From contig JAPMXV010000034.1 of the NCBI GenBank assembly GCA_026936335.1, forward strand, positions 310,001 through 374,000: DNA of 64,000 bases. The letters run 5' to 3'. Source of the DNA: Mantamonas sphyraenae STR306. Taxonomy: Eukaryota; Protista; CRuMs. The notes below the pieces were generated by a model. The model ran no database searches. It was not told the origin of the DNA and worked only from the letters and a program-made list of their open reading frames with translations. A program made the translations under genes and the position numbers. This document shows, piece after piece, positions 58,323 through 64,000 of this stretch (position 1 is the stretch's first letter; each line of letters begins with the position of its first letter).

Positions 58323-58540
58323 GGTTGAGGATGAGATTCTGTTGCAGCAACGGCCGCGTCACGCATCCACAGCCCCACACATGCCAACCATGGACAGAGG
58401 GACATCCCCCCGGTGTTTTGGGGGGTGGTACGTTGGACACCATGCACAGCGTCCCGTGCTGGTGGGTGGTTGTGTCCGAGCTTGATGGGAGCTGAGACGC
58501 CGCGCGCCGCGACACCCAGCACAACAAACCGCAAGCAAAC

Positions 58541-59545
58541 ATGGTGAGTGAATCACACTGCTCCCGAACACACGCCGAGACACGGGACAAGGACATTGCG
58601 CAGAGAGGAGGCACATGTGCGTGTGGTCTTGTGTGCAGCTGTGCCCAGGGATAGGGCGCGCTCGTTGCGTCGAGGCTGGGCCGCAATTTGCTTGGCCCAA
58701 TCCTTCATTCTTTGCCAGGCGCTGCTAGCCCGGCTACGCAGCCGCACACACCACTCGCGTCGGCACTTGCCGGTGGGGATGTATGGCTAGCCGTGTATAT
58801 GGGTGGTCATGCGTGAGCGTGCCATACAGACGTGTGTGCGAGGCCGTTTGTGCTCGCACATGCGGTTTGCATGAGCTCCGCTTGGTCCCCTTGAGTGTCT
58901 TCTGGGGCACCTGCTGCCAGCCACGACGAGTGCACTCCTCGATACGCATGCCCTTGTGCCGACCTAGGCTACCCTCTGTCTCCCTGTCTCGCTGCCTGCA
59001 CGCATGTGTGTCTGCCACGCCCCGTGCAGCGCGGCGGAGCAGAGGGGAAAAAATGCACTTTGCCGGGGGTCGCCCCGCAAATCCCGCCAGCACGCGTGCC
59101 TTTTTGCTCACACGACGATGCGCTCGTTGCCGCGACACACACCAACAGGGACGCGTTCGCACCAAGACTGTGAAGAAGGCCGCCAAGGTGATCATTGAGA
59201 AGTACTACCCTCGCCTGACGATGGACTTCCAGACCAACAAGAAGATCTGCGACGAGGTGGCTCAGATCCCCACCAAGCGTCTGCGCAACAAGATTGCCGG
59301 TTTCATCACGCATCTGATGTACCGTATCCAGAAGGGCCCCGTCCGCGGCATTTCCTTCAAGCTGCAGGAGGAGGAGCGCGAGCGCAAGGACAACTACGTC
59401 CCGGACGTCTCGGCCGTCAAGACCGACGTCATCGAGGTCGACCCGGAGACCAAGAACATGCTTGCCAGCCTCGGCATGGCCAAGCTGCCCGGCGTTGTTG
59501 TGCCCCAAGTACCACAACCGCCGCAACAACCGCCGCCGCGAATAA
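58541..59545 (+). CDS. RPS17: 40S ribosomal protein S17 (eS17): ATG-only exon 1, intron 58544-59148; an extra C near 59504 probably masks the true end [14 protein letters not shown]
   Basis: ATG|GTGAGT...CAACAG|GGA gives [21 protein letters not shown]...[10 protein letters not shown]...[23 protein letters not shown]. Confidence 0.96.
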
Positions 59546-59712
59546 TTGTGGTGTTTGAATTCCAAATGCACCGTCAGAATCCCTGGGGCTTGTTTCAGTG
59601 TCCATCTGTGCGCTCTCCCCCTCTTGCCCATGGCCGTGTGTGTTGCCTCGTCCTGCTACGCGCGCTTCTGCAGCCAACACACACGGAGAATTCCCAGGCC
59701 ACCCACGCACCC

Positions 59713-60965
59713 ATGCCCACCACTGTCATTGTCGGAGGTGGTCAGGCTGGTCTGGCGGCTGCCTATCAGCTTCAACTGCAAGATCCAGAGCATGACTACG
59801 TGGTGTTGGAGGCCAACGACGCCATCGGCAGGCAGTGGGAGCAGAGGTGGGATTCGCTGAAGCTCTTTTCGCCTGCCAAGTTCAGCCTGCTCGCTGGCTC
59901 GGACGAAGTGCCCCTTGCAGATGGCGACCTGTCCACGTTTGCCACCAAGGATGAGGTGGCCGAGTACCTGCGCGCGTACGCCGACCACCACAAGCTCAAT
60001 GTGCGGCTGAACGCACGCGTCGACCGCATCGAACACAAGAGCGGCTCCAGCTGGCTGGTTCACCTCGAAGCAGCAGAGGGGGAGGACACAGAGACTTTGG
60101 AAGCCCAACATGTGGTCCTGGCCACGGGTGGGTTTCCCAAGGCGCGGCTGCCCCACTGGACGGACGAGCTGGACAAAGCTGGTGTGCCCTGGCTCCACAG
60201 TAGTCAGTACCACAACCCCAGCGACATCCCAACTGCTGGAAGTGTCGTTGTGGTTGGGGTGGGTGCCTCGGGTGTCCAGATTGCCAGCGATCTGCTCGAG
60301 GCAGCCAAGGACACACACGCGGAGGTGTCCCTGTATGTGGCCGGCCGTGACGTCGGATCCATGCCCAGATCCATCCTTGGCGTGGACATTTACTCCATTC
60401 TCAATTCCACAGGCATGCTAGCGATGAAGAAGGACTCGTGGATGGGGAAGAAGGTCATCGCCGACTCGTTTGACCTTGGGGACATCCTCGTTGGCACATC
60501 CCTCTCGGAGATTGTGCGCCAGGGAGCCACACACATCGACATGAGAGCCATTGGCTGTTTGGTTGAGGAGAATGACAAGGCCACCGTATGCTTCTCTGCA
60601 GACCGTGACGCCGAGAAACGCCTTGCCAGCTACGACAGCGTCGATGAACGTGCAGACACACTCGCTGCAGAGACGCAGAACCAGATCCAGGACGTGGCCT
60701 GTGTGTTGTGTTTGCCACAGGGTTCCAACCTGACTTTGGTTCCATCCTTGACGTCGACTCTTTGCAGCTGGACGACGAGGTGTTGTTGTTCGACGAGCAC
60801 GGCTACCCGAGGCAAACAGACGGCACCGTGGACGTGTCTGGAGCGGAGGGCCTTCACTTTCTGGGTCTGCGTTGGATGCGCACGGCAGCGTCCTCGCAAT
60901 TGTGTGGCTGTTCCGACGATGCGGCAGTGGTGGCCGCACGCATCGTCAGCCAAAGCAATTCGTGA
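59713..60965 (+). CDS. Flavin-containing monooxygenase of the bacterial CzcO/ArsO/TrkA type; frameshift near 60705
   Basis: [12 protein letters not shown] (FAD), [51 protein letters not shown] (NADPH); [11 protein letters not shown] and GLHFLGLRW lie in the next frame. Confidence 0.88.
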
Positions 60966-61039
60966 GCAGAGCACCTGAGGAGAAAATGTACAGTCTTGGC
61001 CATGGGTCCACGCGAAGGACAACCATTGCCACCACCTCC

Positions 61040-62275
61040 ATGGTTGCCGTTGTTGTTGTCGTGCTTGCCTGCACGTTTGCGGTGTCGGCGGCACAGGAGG
61101 AGCGGACACCCGAACGGCTGCGGGCAGGCGAAAAGGTTCCCGCTGCCTTTCGTGGCAAAACCTACTACGGCATCCTGGGCATCCCTGCGGCGTTGGCTCG
61201 ACAGGCCACGCCCAAGCAGATCCGCACGGCGTACCTCAAGGCGGCACGCAAGTACCATCCGGACCGCAACAAGCGCGAGCTACGCGCAGCGGCCGAGGCC
61301 AAGTGGATGCTGGTGCGCACAGCCATGGGCGTGCTCACAGACAAGGAGAAACGTGAGGCATACGACGACCTGCTGCAGCATGGATGGGTGGACCACCTCA
61401 ACTTTGGCTACGACTGGGACAGCTTCTTCACCGACACCATGGACACCATCGAACGCAACATGGAACAGGGCCAGCCCCCAATGGGTGACGACACCTCCAT
61501 GCCCTTCAACCCATACGCCGACGAAGCACCCTGGCGCACCTCCCAGGGCATGGAGTGGCTCGAGGTTGCTGGTATGCTTGCCCTCGTCCTGCTCTTTGCC
61601 GTCCCGGCCGTCTACCTGTGCACCACAGACGCCAAGCCCAGCAAGAAGAAGCGCTCGCGCAGGCGCACAGCCGCCACAAACCTCCTCTCGGACACCGACG
61701 GCGACAGCGGCGTCGAATCCACTGCATCCACGCGCAAAAGCAACCGCCCACGTCAGCAGGCCACTCAGCCCAAGCCCAAGCCGGCTCGAAAGGCGGCCGA
61801 ACCTGCGCCCGCTCAGCAAGAGGAAGCGCAGGAAGCGACGCCACGGCCCTGGACTGAGGACGAGCTGAATAACCTTCGACTTGCCCTGGCCAAACATGCA
61901 GGGAACAAGCGGTGGAAGAAGATCGCCAAGGAGATTCCAGGTCGCAGCCGTCAAGAATGCACAGAAATGGGGCTTCAGCTGGAAGAAGGCACACCAGAGA
62001 GCAATCAGCCTACCACAAGTGCAAGTGCAAGTGAAGATAGGTTACCAACAACCGCAAACACACAGGAGGTCAGCGAGAACAGCAGCAGCAGCAACAGCAG
62101 CACCAGCAGCACCAGCACCAGCAGCAACTCACAGGCAGTGGTGGTGGATTTGGACGCTGAACGCAAGCAAGAGAAGGAAGAGAAGCTGCGAAAGCGCAAG
62201 AAATTGAAAGAAGAGATGGAGGCCAAGCGGAAGAAGGAGCTGGAGGAACAAAAGCTGGCCATGGAGGAGTGGTGA
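61040..62275 (+). CDS. DNAJC1: ER membrane J-domain protein with signal peptide, TM and SANT domain (DNAJC1/ERdj1-like)
   Basis: Signal peptide; TYYGILGI..ARKYHPDRN..LTDKEKREAYD; TM GMLALVLLFAVPAVYL; SANT PWTEDELNNLRLAL..RWKKIAKEIPGRSRQEC. Confidence 0.72.
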   Translation: MVAVVVVVLACTFAVSAAQEERTPERLRAGEKVPAAFRGKTYYGILGIPAALARQATPKQIRTAYLKAARKYHPDRNKRELRAAAEAKWMLVRTAMGVLTDKEKREAYDDLLQHGWVDHLNFGYDWDSFFTDTMDTIERNMEQGQPPMGDDTSMPFNPYADEAPWRTSQGMEWLEVAGMLALVLLFAVPAVYLCTTDAKPSKKKRSRRRTAATNLLSDTDGDSGVESTASTRKSNRPRQQATQPKPKPARKAAEPAPAQQEEAQEATPRPWTEDELNNLRLALAKHAGNKRWKKIAKEIPGRSRQECTEMGLQLEEGTPESNQPTTSASASEDRLPTTANTQEVSENSSSSNSSTSSTSTSSNSQAVVVDLDAERKQEKEEKLRKRKKLKEEMEAKRKKELEEQKLAMEEW

Positions 62276-62298
62276 GGTTTTGGCGAGTGACCACAGCT

Positions 62299-64000
62299 TC
62301 ATCCGACCCAGATCCACACATCCACACTCTCTGCCTTGTCCTGCAGAGCCTGGGCAACCATTGCAGACAAAGATTCGTCAGTAAACACTTCGCCCGAGAC
62401 CACGTCGCAGATGGTGACCTCACTGCCCGCCGGGACGTCTTCCGGAAACGTCTTGGACACCATGCGGTTGAGCATGCGCACACGAATCTTGGTGGACACC
62501 TGCATCAAATGCTTGCGCAATTGCTCTCCGTCTTCACGTTGCATGTTGCCGAAGCACTTGATGCGCTGCTGCGGCTTCTTTTCCGGACTCACGCCGCCCT
62601 TGCCATCGTCGGCACGCGCTTTGCGTTTGGCTGCCAGTTTGGCTGCCACACGAGCCTTGACATCGAGCTCCTGGGAAGAGACGTCGCCAGCAGAGTTGGC
62701 GGACGCGGTCTGCGCCGCCAGCCTCTGAGCCTGCTCCGGATTCTTCTGCGCCACGGCACGCAAGGCCATACGTCGAAAGTCACTGCTGTGGCTTGCAGCC
62801 CCGCGCTCACCCATGCTGGGTGACACCGATGAGTCGCTCTCGTAGTCGCCCACATCCGACACATCGATGCTCAGATGGCGTGTGGGCGAGGAGATGTCAC
62901 CACCACTGTCCGATTCTGCGTCCGTGTCGATGCTGCCCAAATCACTCAGAGCTGCACCGAGCATGTCGATATCCAGGTTGGACCCACTGCGGCGTGGGGT
63001 GTCTTCGCTGTTGCTGCTTTGCAGACCCTGGCTGTGCGTCACGCTGCTGCTTGACGACATCGTGCCAACCTCACTCTGGCTGTGCGTCAGCGTGCGGCCA
63101 AACGTGGGCTTGGTCGTCAGCGAACCCGATCGACGACGTGTAAGTCGACGCACATCCAGAAACCGCGAGTGCAGCTCTGATTCAGCCTCGGCCGCGTCTC
63201 GCACAGCCACGTGCCACTCGCCCATCGCCTCTGCTTCCCCCTCGGCAAACACCAGCTCCACCTGTGTTCCCTCAGCCCCTGCCACAGTCAAGATGCCCGC
63301 ACTTGCATCTAAGCCAACCTGTGCCCCAAGAAGCGGCACAAAGGCGTTCATCTTGTAGGTGCTGGTACTCTTGCGTGTGAACCCACTGCTGGCTGTGCTG
63401 ATCAGCAGCATGTCGTTGAAGAGAAAGGCGTACCGTGATTGGGCCTTGCCTCGTTTCCCCTTCTTGTTTGCCTTGCCTGCTTCACTCACATTGCCCTCTT
63501 TCACCAGCATGCGTCCTTCCTTTTGGATGGCCAGGTCCCCTCGGTGGTGGATGGCCTCTTCCAGGGCGCTGAGCTTGTCGCTGACCTGCTCCGCGGCTCG
63601 CTTCTCCTCGTTGATGAACGTGTTGACCTTGATCATGTCCTCCACAGCTTGCTCGAGGCCTTCGTAGTCGGGATGCTGTGGCCATGTGTGCTTGAGCATC
63701 TCTTGCAGGAGCAGTTGGTAGCGTGGCATGCGTTGGACGAGGGTGATGAGAAGTGATTGCAGATTCTGTCCCTGGCAACGCGAGTCTTGGATGGCCTGGT
63801 TGCAAAAGAGGACAAAGTCGCGGTTGACACCCTTTTGACACAGGTGTGTCCACAGACCCATGGCTGCGTCGTAATTGACAACGTATTCGGCGTACTCGGT
63901 GAACTGCTCCATCATGTCCAGGAAGAGGTCAGAAACGATGGGGCGTGTCTCTCCATCGAGGTTCCACACGCGGTTGTAGAGTCGCTTCTGGAACGGAGCA
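62299..64000 (-). CDS. Dbl-family RhoGEF (DH-PH), 5' part beyond the window edge; possible beta-grasp C-terminal domain
   Basis: YAEYVVNYD, LQSLLITLVQRMPRYQLLLQEMLKHT..HPDY, INEEKR; PH RMLVKEG..RYAFLFNDMLLI. Confidence 0.9.
   Translation of the reverse strand, partial: APFQKRLYNRVWNLDGETRPIVSDLFLDMMEQFTEYAEYVVNYDAAMGLWTHLCQKGVNRDFVLFCNQAIQDSRCQGQNLQSLLITLVQRMPRYQLLLQEMLKHTWPQHPDYEGLEQAVEDMIKVNTFINEEKRAAEQVSDKLSALEEAIHHRGDLAIQKEGRMLVKEGNVSEAGKANKKGKRGKAQSRYAFLFNDMLLISTASSGFTRKSTSTYKMNAFVPLLGAQVGLDASAGILTVAGAEGTQVELVFAEGEAEAMGEWHVAVRDAAEAESELHSRFLDVRRLTRRRSGSLTTKPTFGRTLTHSQSEVGTMSSSSSVTHSQGLQSSNSEDTPRRSGSNLDIDMLGAALSDLGSIDTDAESDSGGDISSPTRHLSIDVSDVGDYESDSSVSPSMGERGAASHSSDFRRMALRAVAQKNPEQAQRLAAQTASANSAGDVSSQELDVKARVAAKLAAKRKARADDGKGGVSPEKKPQQRIKCFGNMQREDGEQLRKHLMQVSTKIRVRMLNRMVSKTFPEDVPAGSEVTICDVVSGEVFTDESLSAMVAQALQDKAESVDVWIWVG

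Noticed and set aside
58783-60978. 731-aa ORF appearing to fuse RPS17 with a flavin monooxygenase
   Set aside because: The 5' part is intron. Removing one C in gtgcccc (~59504) gives RPS17 a plausible basic end and a TAA at ~59545, and the FMO has its own ATG at 59713. The read-through is most likely an indel artefact.
1-64000. Alternative genetic code, stop read-through or selenoproteins
   Set aside because: Conserved genes end at TAA/TAG/TGA where expected, and I saw no in-frame stops inside conserved domains.

Overview
A very gene-dense, GC-rich stretch of eukaryotic nuclear genome. It holds about 36 protein-coding genes, many with short GT-AG introns, and intergenic gaps are often only 40-190 bp. 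No rRNA, tRNA, transposon or CRISPR feature was recognised. The gene set (CCDC81, a CatSper3-type channel, HAUS4, cyclin E, GRIPAP1, XRCC1, PRT6/UBR3-type N-recognin) points to a flagellated unicellular eukaryote, probably an early-branching relative of opisthokonts/Amorphea (inference only). All gene identities come from recalled family motifs, not from database searches. The most striking items are: (1) a single spliced ORF fusing acireductone dioxygenase (methionine salvage) to 3-hydroxyanthranilate 3,4-dioxygenase (de novo NAD+ synthesis); (2) a CatSper3 orthologue carrying a 15-His N-terminal tract, flanked by two signal-peptide JmjC oxygenases; (3) a probable three-repeat single-chain RidA/YjgF-fold protein ending in a CAAX prenylation box; (4) extremely short head-to-head promoters and CA-rich rather than pyrimidine-rich intron 3' ends. 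About a dozen apparent frameshifts, several in homopolymer or dinucleotide runs, most likely reflect assembly errors.
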